64,000 nt of DNA from an uncultured Alphaproteobacteria bacterium (GTDB lineage Bacteria; Pseudomonadota; Alphaproteobacteria; HIMB59; GCA-002718135). The stretch covers positions 70,395 to 134,394 of the forward strand of contig CABZFN010000003.1 of NCBI GenBank assembly GCA_902525035.1, read 5' to 3'. The position numbers and the translations under genes were made by a program. Of this stretch, positions 51,786 through 61,730 are shown piece after piece. The notes beneath the pieces were generated by a model. The model was given only the letters and a program-made list of their open reading frames with translations. It did not search any database and was not told where the DNA came from. Within the stretch, counting starts at the first letter, position 1. Each line of letters opens with the position of its first letter.

Positions 51786-52980
51786 GTTTATTGCAAGCTT
51801 CTTTAATTCTGTTGCACGCATCTTCGAGAACTGCATCACTAGTTGCATAAGATAATCTAAAATAAGGTGACAATCCAAATGCTGCTCCATGAACTCCTGC
51901 AACACCTTGATCCTCTAAAAGATAGGTCATGAAATCTTCATCATTAGAGATTTGACTTCCATTAAGTGTCTTCTTTCCGATTATGCCTTCACAATTAGGA
52001 TAGACGTAAAAAGCCCCTTCTGGTTTTTGGCATGTAATCCCGTCGATATTATTTAATTTATTCAATACTAAATCTCTGCGTTTTAAGAACTTTTCATTAT
52101 GTTCTTTTATAAAATCCTGAGGACCACTTATTGCTTCCACAGCAGCTGCCATTGTAATTGAAGAAGTTGATGTTGTACTTTGCGATTGTATTTTGTTCAT
52201 GGCAGCAATAATCTCTTTTGGAGCCCCACAATACCCAAGCCTCCATCCTGTCATACAATATGATTTTGAAACACCATTAAGTGTCAAACATCTTTCTTTT
52301 AATGAAGGCTCAATAGATGCAAGAGTATGGAATTCTAGTTCGTCATAAATAATTTTTTCGTAGATATCATCACACATTATAAGAACATTAGGATATTTTT
52401 TTAGGATATGTGCTAAATCTTCTAACTCTTTTTTTGAATAAACTGAACCAGTTGGATTGCTAGGACTATTTAACATCAACCATTTTGTGTTGGAGTTAAT
52501 ATTTTTATCTAGTTGTTCCGGAGTAATCTTAAAGTTCTGTGATTGAGGACATTCAACTATGACGGGCTTACCTTCTGCTAATAAAACTATATCTGGATAA
52601 CTAACCCAGAAAGGAGCTGTTATTATGACCTCATCTCCTGGATTAATTGTTGCCATCATAGCATTATAGATAATATGTTTCCCACCGACACCACATATGA
52701 TTTCATCTAATTGATAATTTATATTATTATCTTCCCTAAATTTTCTTTGAATTGCTTTTTGTAATTCAGGCGTCCCTTTGCCTGGCACATATTTAGTTTT
52801 ACCCTCTTCCATCGCTTTACTAGCTGCATCTCTTATGTTTTTTGGCGTATTAAAATCTGGTTCACCTGCTGCAAGAACAATTACATCCTTACCTTCATCC
52901 TTTAAAGCCTTAGCTTTAATATTAATACCCACTGTCATTGAAGGCTTAATTTTACTTAGTCTATCTGCAACAAAATTCAT
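51778..52980 (-). CDS. aspartate/aromatic aminotransferase (PLP fold type I)
   Basis: 400 aa. NSPSNPTG, SKSYCMTGWRLGY (Schiff-base Lys). Confidence 0.9.
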   Translation of the reverse strand: MNFVADRLSKIKPSMTVGINIKAKALKDEGKDVIVLAAGEPDFNTPKNIRDAASKAMEEGKTKYVPGKGTPELQKAIQRKFREDNNINYQLDEIICGVGGKHIIYNAMMATINPGDEVIITAPFWVSYPDIVLLAEGKPVIVECPQSQNFKITPEQLDKNINSNTKWLMLNSPSNPTGSVYSKKELEDLAHILKKYPNVLIMCDDIYEKIIYDELEFHTLASIEPSLKERCLTLNGVSKSYCMTGWRLGYCGAPKEIIAAMNKIQSQSTTSTSSITMAAAVEAISGPQDFIKEHNEKFLKRRDLVLNKLNNIDGITCQKPEGAFYVYPNCEGIIGKKTLNGSQISNDEDFMTYLLEDQGVAGVHGAAFGLSPYFRLSYATSDAVLEDACNRIKEACNKLT

Positions 52981-53790
52981 TTAAATTATAAAATGTTCAA
53001 TAATTAGACTAGCACAAGTTAACAACAAAAAAATAGCAAAAATTTTTCTTAATACTAACTTATCTATATTTGTTGAAACTTTTGCACCAATTCCAGCAGT
53101 AATTATACTAGTTATAGATATAAAAAAAACTATTACAATGTTTACGAAACCTAATGAATAAGTAGGAAGATTATTGATATTTGATCCAGTATACATGAAT
53201 GTTAATGCTCCAGGAAAAGCAATCAGAAATCCAAAAACAGCAGATGTACCAACTGCTTCGTGAATTTTTTTTGAAAACATTGTTAAAGTAGGAACACTAA
53301 AACTCCCTCCTCCAATTCCAATTATTGAAGATAAAAAACCAATAGAAGAGCTTATTAAAAAATTAATTATGTTAGATGAAGGTAAATCATTACTTACAAT
53401 TATAGGATTTTGTTGAAAGAGCATATTTAATGAAATTAAAAATGCCAAAATAACAAAAAGAATAACTAAACTCTGCCCTGATATAGAGCTTGCTGAAAAC
53501 GAACCTACAATTGATCCAATAATTATTCCAATTGCCCATTTTTTTACAATTATCAAATTTGTATTCTTAAGTTTAATATGTGATCTTATTGATGAAATTG
53601 ATGTAAAACAAATCACTCCCAGAGATGATGCTACAGCAACATGCATTACTATATCAGAGTTATAACCTAGATTAAGTAAAATAAAATATGTTACAGGAAC
53701 TATTATTATTCCACCTCCAACTCCTAACAAACCTGCAATGAAACCAGAAATTAGTCCTGTTAATAAAAAAATAAATACTATTGAAGTCAA
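52981..53790 (-). CDS. TauE/SafE family sulfite/anion exporter
   Basis: 269 aa, about 8 TM. Duplicated GVGGG / GIGGG 4-TM repeat. Confidence 0.8.
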   Translation of the reverse strand: MTSIVFIFLLTGLISGFIAGLLGVGGGIIIVPVTYFILLNLGYNSDIVMHVAVASSLGVICFTSISSIRSHIKLKNTNLIIVKKWAIGIIIGSIVGSFSASSISGQSLVILFVILAFLISLNMLFQQNPIIVSNDLPSSNIINFLISSSIGFLSSIIGIGGGSFSVPTLTMFSKKIHEAVGTSAVFGFLIAFPGALTFMYTGSNINNLPTYSLGFVNIVIVFFISITSIITAGIGAKVSTNIDKLVLRKIFAIFLLLTCASLIIEHFII

Positions 53791-53855
53791 ATAAATTTCC
53801 GTATTTTAAGTTTTATTAATGTAGTAAACAATTTAATATAAAAGTAAATAAGACT

Positions 53856-54983
53856 ATGAAACATGTACATTGGATAGGAACAGGATTATCTTCTATACCT
53901 GGAATTAGAAGATTAGCTAAAAATTTAGATAATCTTACAGTATGGAATAGAACATTAGATAAAGCTTTAAAGAGTATTGATCATGTAGATAAAAATAATG
54001 TGAATGCAAAACAGTTTGATATTGATTTATTATTTAATGAAACAAAACCAGGTGATATTGTTATTTCTCAACTTCCGGCAAACAAACATATAGAAATAGC
54101 TGAGCTTTGTTTAAAACATAAATGTCATTTTGCATCTACAAGTTACCTTAATCCAGAAATAAATGCGCTGAATACAGATGTTAAAAAAGATAATTTAGTA
54201 TTTATAAATGAGGTTGGTTTAGACCCAGGTATCGATCATTTTTTTTCTCATTTACTTGTTACTGATCTAAAAAAAATCTCGACTAAAAAAATAGAAGTAA
54301 TATATGAATCATATTGTGGTGGTTTCCCCGCAATTCCGAATGATTTTAAATATAAATTTAGTTGGTCACCTGCTGGAGTAATTAAAGCCTTAAATAATGA
54401 TGCAAAGTATATAACAAAAGGTAAAATAAATACTGTCACTCCTTATAAATCTATTAGTTCTTACTCAATATCTGGTGAAAATTTTGAAGCTTATCCAAAT
54501 AGAGATTCAACACCTTATGTAAGTGAATACTTGTTTGATGAGAGATGGAAAATAAAAGAATTTGTTAGAGGTACTTTGCGACTTGGTGGTTGGAAAGAGG
54601 CATGGCGAGATATCTTTTCAATGCTTGAAAATGGATCGGATAATATAGAAGCTGACATAAATCAAAAAAGTGAAGAATTGTTAAAAGATAATAAATATCT
54701 GCTAGATGAAGAGGATCGAGTTGTACTTTCTGTAAAACTTAAAGCTTTTGAAAAAAATCATAAAATTTTTGATAGTTCTTATTTTTTAGATGAAAAAGGT
54801 AGTGGTGAAAATACTGCAATGGGTAAACTTGTATCAATAACTTTATCAGCTGCTATTGATCTAATTATGGATAATAAAATTGACTATGGTGTAACAACTG
54901 CACCACATAAAACAGAAAATATAATGTATTTTTTTAAAATTTTAAAAGATCATAAAATTAATATCCAACAAGAGAATGGATAA
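53856..54983 (+). CDS. saccharopine dehydrogenase family protein (Lys9/SDH-like, glutamate-forming type)
   Basis: 375 aa. N-terminal Rossmann VHWIGTGLSS and the GLDPGIDH motif of the Sacchrp_dh family. Confidence 0.8.
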   Translation: MKHVHWIGTGLSSIPGIRRLAKNLDNLTVWNRTLDKALKSIDHVDKNNVNAKQFDIDLLFNETKPGDIVISQLPANKHIEIAELCLKHKCHFASTSYLNPEINALNTDVKKDNLVFINEVGLDPGIDHFFSHLLVTDLKKISTKKIEVIYESYCGGFPAIPNDFKYKFSWSPAGVIKALNNDAKYITKGKINTVTPYKSISSYSISGENFEAYPNRDSTPYVSEYLFDERWKIKEFVRGTLRLGGWKEAWRDIFSMLENGSDNIEADINQKSEELLKDNKYLLDEEDRVVLSVKLKAFEKNHKIFDSSYFLDEKGSGENTAMGKLVSITLSAAIDLIMDNKIDYGVTTAPHKTENIMYFFKILKDHKINIQQENG

Positions 54984-56205
54984 TCTATTAACCTATATTG
55001 GTATTGTTAGAGAGTCTAGAAATGATGAAAATAGAACTCCTATAGTTCCAATACATATTAAATATATCAAAGAAAATAATCCAAATATTAATTTTATCAT
55101 TCAACCTTCAGATAATAGATGTTTTTCTGATAAAGAATATGAATTATCTGGTGCTAAAATTAGCGAAGATTTACAAAAATGCTCAGTAATATTTGGGGTT
55201 AAAGAAATTGATCCAAATTTTTTAATTAATAATAAAACATATCTTTTTTTTTCTCACACCTTCAAAATTAATAAAGATCAAAAATATATTGAAGAAAAGA
55301 AGGAAGAATTACTATTATCGATATTAAATAAAAAAGTGAAGTTAATTGATTATGAAAATATTAGGGATAAAAAAAATAATAGATGTTTAGGTTTTGGAAG
55401 ATTTGCAGGTATTGTTGGTTGTTATAATACTTTAAATTTATTTCTTAAAAGACTTGGAAAACAATCTCTTGCTAGTGCTTATAAAATAAATGATTATAAA
55501 AGACTTGTTTTAAATTTAAAAAATTTATATTTTCCTAAGACTAAAATTCTAGTTACTGGTGATGGAAGAGTTTCAAAAGGAGTCATTGAACTTTTAAATC
55601 AAACAAATATTAAAGAAGTGTCAAAAAAAGATTTTTTAGATAAAAAATTTGATGAACCTATTTTCTGTAATTTAGAAACTAGAGATTATATGATCAATAA
55701 TTATTCCAATGATTTTAACCTTGAGCATTTTATTAAAAATCCAAGAGAGTATTCTAGCTCTGCATTACAATATTTAAAAAAAACTAATATATTTATAAGT
55801 GCACATTATTGGGACCCATCTTCTCCAAAAATATTTGAGAATGAAGATATAAAAGATTTATTAAATTTAAATATTGTTGGAGATATTACTTGTGATATTA
55901 ATGGTTCTGTCCCAACTACAATTCGATCAACAACAATTGATAGTCCAAATTATTGGATCGATAGAAAAAATTTAAAGGAAATTGAACAAAATAATGATGG
56001 TATTGCTATAATGGCAGTTGATAATTTACCATCTGAATTACCTCGGGATTCAAGTACTGAATTTAGTGAAGGAATAATAAATGAAGTTCTTCCTTATTTA
56101 TTAAAAGAAGATGATGGAAGAATATTAAATGGAACTATAACAGCTGAAGGTAGTTTTTTAGAAAAGTACAATTATTTAAATAATTATATTGATATTAATG
56201 AATAA
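54976..56205 (+). CDS. lysine-ketoglutarate reductase-like protein (AlaDH/PNT fold, Lys1/LKR-like)
   Basis: 409 aa. IGIVRESRNDENRTPIVP matches the LKR/AlaDH N-terminal signature, followed by the Rossmann ILVTGDGRVSKG. 8-nt overlap with the upstream SDH gene. Confidence 0.75.
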   Translation: MDNLLTYIGIVRESRNDENRTPIVPIHIKYIKENNPNINFIIQPSDNRCFSDKEYELSGAKISEDLQKCSVIFGVKEIDPNFLINNKTYLFFSHTFKINKDQKYIEEKKEELLLSILNKKVKLIDYENIRDKKNNRCLGFGRFAGIVGCYNTLNLFLKRLGKQSLASAYKINDYKRLVLNLKNLYFPKTKILVTGDGRVSKGVIELLNQTNIKEVSKKDFLDKKFDEPIFCNLETRDYMINNYSNDFNLEHFIKNPREYSSSALQYLKKTNIFISAHYWDPSSPKIFENEDIKDLLNLNIVGDITCDINGSVPTTIRSTTIDSPNYWIDRKNLKEIEQNNDGIAIMAVDNLPSELPRDSSTEFSEGIINEVLPYLLKEDDGRILNGTITAEGSFLEKYNYLNNYIDINE

Positions 56206-58252
56206 AGTAGAAAAAAAACATTATCACTCCTCGGAAATCACAACACCTTTTAAAATTGTAAGTGATTTTAATCCAAGTGGTGACCAGCCTGAAGCGATTA
56301 GAAGTATTGTTAAAAGTCTAAATGAAGGAGAGCAAGAACAAGTTCTCTTAGGTGTCACTGGATCAGGTAAAACTTTTACTATGGCTAAAGTAATTGAAAA
56401 AGTTCAAAAACCAACTTTAATAATGGCCCCAAATAAAACATTAGCAGCACAGCTTTATGGGGAGATGAAAAATTTATTTCCAAATAATGCCGTCGAATAC
56501 TTTGTTAGTTATTACGATTATTATACACCTGAAGCATATGTTCCAAGATCTGATACATATATTGAAAAAGAATCATCAATAAATGAACAAATTGATCGCT
56601 TAAGACATTCAGCTACAAGATCTCTAGTGGAAAGAAGAGATACAATTATAGTTGCTTCAGTGTCTTGTATTTATGGTATTGGTTCAGTTGATGCTTATTC
56701 TTCAATGTCATTTACCTTAGAAAAAAATCAATCACTAAGCCGAGATATTATCATTAGAAAGCTGGTAGAACTTTTATACAAACGACGTGATATGGATTTT
56801 AAAAGAGGTAGTTTTAGAGCTAAAGGAGATATTTTAGAAATTTTCCCTTCTCATTATGAAGATATTTCTTGGAAATTATCTATGTTTGGTGATGATATAG
56901 AAAGTATATCTCAAGTAGATCCACTTACAGGAGAAAAACTAGGTGAGCTTGAACAAATACGAATATTTGCAAACTCTCATTATGTAACTCCAAAACCAAC
57001 AATAAAAAAAGCAATTACAATGATTAAGACAGATTTAAAAAAACAATTAGAAATTTTTGAGAAAGAAAAAAAATATTTAGAGAGACAAAGATTGGATGAA
57101 AGAACGACATTTGACTTAGAAATGATGGAAACTACTGGTAGTTGTAATGGTATTGAAAATTATTCTAGATATTTATCAGGAAGAAGTCCTGGTGAACCTC
57201 CACCAACACTTTATGAATATATACCAGAAGATTCACTATTATTTATTGATGAAAGCCATCAGACATGTGGCCAAATAGCTGGAATGTATAAAGGAGATTT
57301 TTCAAGAAAATCAACTTTGGCTCAATATGGTTTTAGACTACCAAGTTGTGTTGATAATAGGCCTTTAAAAAGAGAGGAATGGGATGCAATGCGACCTCAA
57401 ACTATATTTGTAAGCGCAACCCCAGGAGATTATGAACTTGAAAAGACAGGCGGAACGTTTGTAGAGCAAGTAATTAGACCTACTGGTTTGATTGATCCAC
57501 CAATTGAAATAAGGCCTACTAAACATCAAATTGATAACTTAATTGATGAATGTAAAAAAACGATTGATAAAGGTCATCGAGTTCTCATAACTACACTAAC
57601 TAAAAAAATGGCCGAGGATCTGACAGAATATATTAATGAAGAAGGATTAAAAGTACGATATCTTCATTCAGACATTGATACATTAGAAAGAATAGAAATA
57701 ATCAGAGACTTAAGGCTTGGAGTTTTTAATATACTAGTTGGGATTAATCTTCTTAGAGAAGGTTTAGATATTCCCGAATGTGCTTTAATGGCAATTTTAG
57801 ATGCTGATAAAGAAGGATACCTTCGTTCCAGAACTAGCTTAATACAGACTATAGGAAGAGCTGCAAGAAATGTTGAAAGTAAGGTGTTAATGTATGCTGA
57901 TAACATAACTACTAGCATGAAAGAAGCAATGGAAGAAACAGATAGAAGAAGATCTAAACAACTTGAATATAATGAAATTAATAAGATAACACCTGTTAGT
58001 ATAAAAAAGAATATTCAAGAAATAATTGAGAATACTGCTGAACAAGATCATGTTACTGTTGAAATTGATAATGCTAAAGAATTAGTTGGAAAAGATCTAA
58101 ATAGACATATTAAAAATTTAGAGAAAAAAATGAATGAATTTGCTTCAAAACTTGAATTTGAAGATGCAGCAAGATTACGAGATGAAATCAATAGATTAAA
58201 AGCAAAAGAAGTGGGTCTTTCTAATAAAGTTTTGCAGTTTAAAAAGAATTAA
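56198..58252 (+). CDS. uvrB: excinuclease ABC subunit B
   Basis: GVTGSGKTFT Walker A, DESH, and a C-terminal UVR domain (FEDAARLRDEI). The ATG at 56198 (ATGAATAA overlap with the previous stop) is preferred over the TTG at 56189. Confidence 0.97.
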   Translation: MNKVEKKHYHSSEITTPFKIVSDFNPSGDQPEAIRSIVKSLNEGEQEQVLLGVTGSGKTFTMAKVIEKVQKPTLIMAPNKTLAAQLYGEMKNLFPNNAVEYFVSYYDYYTPEAYVPRSDTYIEKESSINEQIDRLRHSATRSLVERRDTIIVASVSCIYGIGSVDAYSSMSFTLEKNQSLSRDIIIRKLVELLYKRRDMDFKRGSFRAKGDILEIFPSHYEDISWKLSMFGDDIESISQVDPLTGEKLGELEQIRIFANSHYVTPKPTIKKAITMIKTDLKKQLEIFEKEKKYLERQRLDERTTFDLEMMETTGSCNGIENYSRYLSGRSPGEPPPTLYEYIPEDSLLFIDESHQTCGQIAGMYKGDFSRKSTLAQYGFRLPSCVDNRPLKREEWDAMRPQTIFVSATPGDYELEKTGGTFVEQVIRPTGLIDPPIEIRPTKHQIDNLIDECKKTIDKGHRVLITTLTKKMAEDLTEYINEEGLKVRYLHSDIDTLERIEIIRDLRLGVFNILVGINLLREGLDIPECALMAILDADKEGYLRSRTSLIQTIGRAARNVESKVLMYADNITTSMKEAMEETDRRRSKQLEYNEINKITPVSIKKNIQEIIENTAEQDHVTVEIDNAKELVGKDLNRHIKNLEKKMNEFASKLEFEDAARLRDEINRLKAKEVGLSNKVLQFKKN

Positions 58253-59256
58253 TGGATATTGTATTTTCAGAAACTAACCAAACTGGAATCATTAAACTAA
58301 ATCGTCCTAAAGCTTTAAATGCTCTAAATTTAGAAATGGCAAAAAAATTCCATGACAAATTATTAGAATGGGAAGAAAAAGATAATATCTTAAGAGTATT
58401 GTTATTTGGAGAAGGTAAACATTTTTGTGCAGGAGGTGATGTAAAATCTCTTGTTCTTGCTGGAAAAGAAAACTCTTTAAAACATGATTTTTTTAAAATT
58501 GAGTATAAACTTAATTATTTAATAAGCCAATTTAGTAAAGAATTTCTTTCAGTTTGGAATGGTGTAGTGATGGGAGGCGGGGCTGGTTTATCAATTTATG
58601 GTGACCACAGATTGGCAACAGACAATTCAAAATTTGCAATGCCAGAATCTGCCATTGGTTTTTTTCCAGATGTTGGTGGAAGTTATTTTTTATCAAATCT
58701 TCCAGGTAATATTGGTAAATATATTGGTTTAACGGGGGAGGTTTTAGGCTTAAATGAATTAATTTTTTTTGGATTAGCAACACACTACTTTAGAAGTAAT
58801 AAAATAGAAGATGTTAAAGAAAATTTTATTGCAAGAGGAGAAATTTCACATGATAATTTTGAAGTAGAGAATGATACGTATCTAATTAAAAATATGAATT
58901 TAATAAATGAAATATTCAATGGAAATATTAAAACAATCATATCAAATTTAAAAAGTCATAACTCAGAGTTTTCAAAAAAAATTTTAGATATTCTTTTAAT
59001 TAAATGTCCAATGAGTCTTGCGATAAGTACTAAACTTATAGATGATGCAAAAGGTAAATCGTTAAAAGAATGTTTAGAAACTGAATTTCAATTAAGTCAA
59101 AAAGTAGTATACCGTAGTGACTTTGATAATGGAGTAAATTCTGTACTAATTTCAAAAGATCATAATCCTCTTTGGGAGCCATCAAAAATAGATGAAATAA
59201 ATATAGAAGATCTAGATTTTTATTTTGAAACTCATACTGAAAATCTTTATCTATAA
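58252..59256 (+). CDS. 3-hydroxyisobutyryl-CoA hydrolase (crotonase superfamily)
   Basis: 334 aa. FCAGGDV, VVMGGGAGLS, AMPESAIGFFPDVGGSYFL. Confidence 0.85.
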   Translation: MDIVFSETNQTGIIKLNRPKALNALNLEMAKKFHDKLLEWEEKDNILRVLLFGEGKHFCAGGDVKSLVLAGKENSLKHDFFKIEYKLNYLISQFSKEFLSVWNGVVMGGGAGLSIYGDHRLATDNSKFAMPESAIGFFPDVGGSYFLSNLPGNIGKYIGLTGEVLGLNELIFFGLATHYFRSNKIEDVKENFIARGEISHDNFEVENDTYLIKNMNLINEIFNGNIKTIISNLKSHNSEFSKKILDILLIKCPMSLAISTKLIDDAKGKSLKECLETEFQLSQKVVYRSDFDNGVNSVLISKDHNPLWEPSKIDEINIEDLDFYFETHTENLYL

Positions 59257-59264
59257 AATTACAA

Positions 59265-61712
59265 ATGAGTAATAAAATTCCCACTTCTGCTAAAGTAGTT
59301 GTAATAGGTGGTGGTATAGCTGGATGTTCTGTAGCTTATCATTTAGCAAAATTTGGATGGAAAGATGTGATCTTGCTAGAAAGAGATCAATTAACTTCTG
59401 GAACTACTTGGCATGCAGCAGGACTGATTGGTCAGATTGGTGCATCAGCTACCATTACAAAACTTAGAAATTATTCGTTAAATTTATATAAAGACCTAGA
59501 AAAAGAAACAGGATTGGCAACAGGTTTAAAGCAAAACGGCTCTTTAACTATTGCAACAACTAATGATCGATTAGAAGAATTAAAAAGACAAGCTACTTTT
59601 GCTCAAAGATTTAATATAGAAGTTAATGAATTAGAAAAAAATCATATTAAGGATATTTATTCTCTTATAAATACTGATGATGTTGTTGGTGGAATATTTA
59701 TTCCAAAAGATGGTCAAGCAGATCCTGTTGGTATAACAAATGTTCTTGCTAAATCCGCAAAAATTAATGGTGCTCAAATATTTGAACATTGTTCTGTAAA
59801 TAAAATCCTTACTAAAAATGGATCAATAGAAGGTGTAGATACAAAACATGGAAAAATTAAATGTGAGTATATCGTTCTAGCATCTGGAATGTGGTCAAGG
59901 CAGATAGGAAATGATATTAATGTTAGTATACCTCTATATCCAAATGAACACTTCTATGTATTAAGTGAGCCATTAAAAGAAATTTCTAAATCACTTCCAG
60001 TTCTTAGAGATTACAATAACTGCTTATATCTTAAAGAAGATGCTGGAAAAATTTTAGTAGGAATTTTTGAGCCTAAAGCTAAACCTGCATTTACTGATAC
60101 GTATAAAGTGCCCAATGATTTTTCTTTTGGAGAACTACCTGAAGATTTTGATCATTTTGAACCACATTTAAAAAATGCTATGAAAAGAATACCCGCTCTT
60201 GAAAATGTAGGTATAAGAAAATTCTTTAACGGTCCTGAAGCTTTTACTCCAGATACAAATTATCTTTTAGGAGAAACACCAGAAGTAAAAAACTTTTATG
60301 TTTGTTGTGGATTTAATAGTATTGGTATTCAGAGTGCTGGTGGTGCAGGTAAAGTAACTGCAGAATGGATGATGAACGGTGAGGTTAATGATGATCTTTA
60401 CTCCTTAGATATTTCAAGATTTGAAAAATTTCACTCTGAGACAAAATTTATAACTGAAAGAGTTACTGAGTCATTGGGAGATTTATATGCAATGCACTGG
60501 CCTTACAAACAACATAAATCTTCGAGAAATATTAAACTACTTCCTTTTCATAATGATTTGAAAAAAGAAGGAGCGTGCTTTGGTGAAGTGGCCGGTTTTG
60601 AAAGACCGATGTGGTATGCTCTAAATGGTAAGAAACCAGAATATGAGTATAGTTATGGCTATCAAAATTGGTATGACGCAGCAAAGTATGAAACAATAAA
60701 CACAAGAAAAAACGCTGGTTTATTTGACTTAAGTGCCTTTGCAAAATTTGAAATTAAGGGAGACGCTGCCTTCAACGATCTTCAACGATTATGCTGTAAT
60801 AATATTAAAAATTATCCCGGTAATACAACTTACACGCAAATGCTTAATTCAAATGGTGGCATTGTTGCTGATTTGACAGTTACTTGTATTGATACTAATT
60901 CTTTTCGTATTGTAACGGGTTCATCTGTGAGAGAACATGATAAAAAACATATTTCGGAAAATTTAAGTAAAAACACAACTTTAATTGATGTCACTGAAAG
61001 TTTAGCTTGCTTTGGTGTTTTTGGTCCTAAGAGTAGAGAAATTCTAACAGAAATATTTGGAGAACATTTTTCAAACGACAAGTTTAAATTTGGAACTGCT
61101 AAAGAAATATCATTGAAAAATAATAAATTAATCTTCCAAAGATTATCTTTTGTTGGTGAACTTGGTTGGGAAATTTATGTTCCTATAAATAAATCTAGAG
61201 AAATTTATTTAGAGTTAGTTAAAGTTGGAGAAAAATATAACCTTTCGCATGCTGGTGCCCATGCACTAGATATTATGAGAATGGAAAAGGGATATTTACA
61301 TTGGGGTCATGATATTTCTCCAGCTGAAAACCCTTTTGAAGCTGGATTAGAATTAACTGTTAAATTAAATAAAAAAACAGATTTTATAGGTAAAGAAGCT
61401 TTAAAAATAAAGAATAGTATTAAAAAGAAACAACTAACAAATTTTGTTTTAGAAAAATCTACGCCAGGAAATCCGCTCTTATTACATGATGAGCCTATTT
61501 ATTATAAAAATAAAATTGTAGGGGAAACAACTTCTAGTAATTATTCATTTTGTTATAATAAAAATATGGTTTTTGGATACATAGATTCAGAAATAGATTT
61601 AAAAAAATTAAATGGAAGTAATTTTGAAGTTGAAGTTGCTAAAAATAAATATGTTATGTCTGTTCAATTTAATCCATTACATGATCCTGAAAATAATTTT
61701 ACAAAAATATAG
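59265..61712 (+). CDS. dimethylglycine/sarcosine dehydrogenase family protein (DAO FAD domain fused to GcvT folate domain)
   Basis: 815 aa. VVVIGGGIAGCS FAD motif, with the covalent-flavin His context TSGTTWHAAG. C-terminal aminomethyltransferase fold. Confidence 0.88.
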   Translation: MSNKIPTSAKVVVIGGGIAGCSVAYHLAKFGWKDVILLERDQLTSGTTWHAAGLIGQIGASATITKLRNYSLNLYKDLEKETGLATGLKQNGSLTIATTNDRLEELKRQATFAQRFNIEVNELEKNHIKDIYSLINTDDVVGGIFIPKDGQADPVGITNVLAKSAKINGAQIFEHCSVNKILTKNGSIEGVDTKHGKIKCEYIVLASGMWSRQIGNDINVSIPLYPNEHFYVLSEPLKEISKSLPVLRDYNNCLYLKEDAGKILVGIFEPKAKPAFTDTYKVPNDFSFGELPEDFDHFEPHLKNAMKRIPALENVGIRKFFNGPEAFTPDTNYLLGETPEVKNFYVCCGFNSIGIQSAGGAGKVTAEWMMNGEVNDDLYSLDISRFEKFHSETKFITERVTESLGDLYAMHWPYKQHKSSRNIKLLPFHNDLKKEGACFGEVAGFERPMWYALNGKKPEYEYSYGYQNWYDAAKYETINTRKNAGLFDLSAFAKFEIKGDAAFNDLQRLCCNNIKNYPGNTTYTQMLNSNGGIVADLTVTCIDTNSFRIVTGSSVREHDKKHISENLSKNTTLIDVTESLACFGVFGPKSREILTEIFGEHFSNDKFKFGTAKEISLKNNKLIFQRLSFVGELGWEIYVPINKSREIYLELVKVGEKYNLSHAGAHALDIMRMEKGYLHWGHDISPAENPFEAGLELTVKLNKKTDFIGKEALKIKNSIKKKQLTNFVLEKSTPGNPLLLHDEPIYYKNKIVGETTSSNYSFCYNKNMVFGYIDSEIDLKKLNGSNFEVEVAKNKYVMSVQFNPLHDPENNFTKI

Positions 61713-61730
61713 TTTTTTACGATCTAATAT

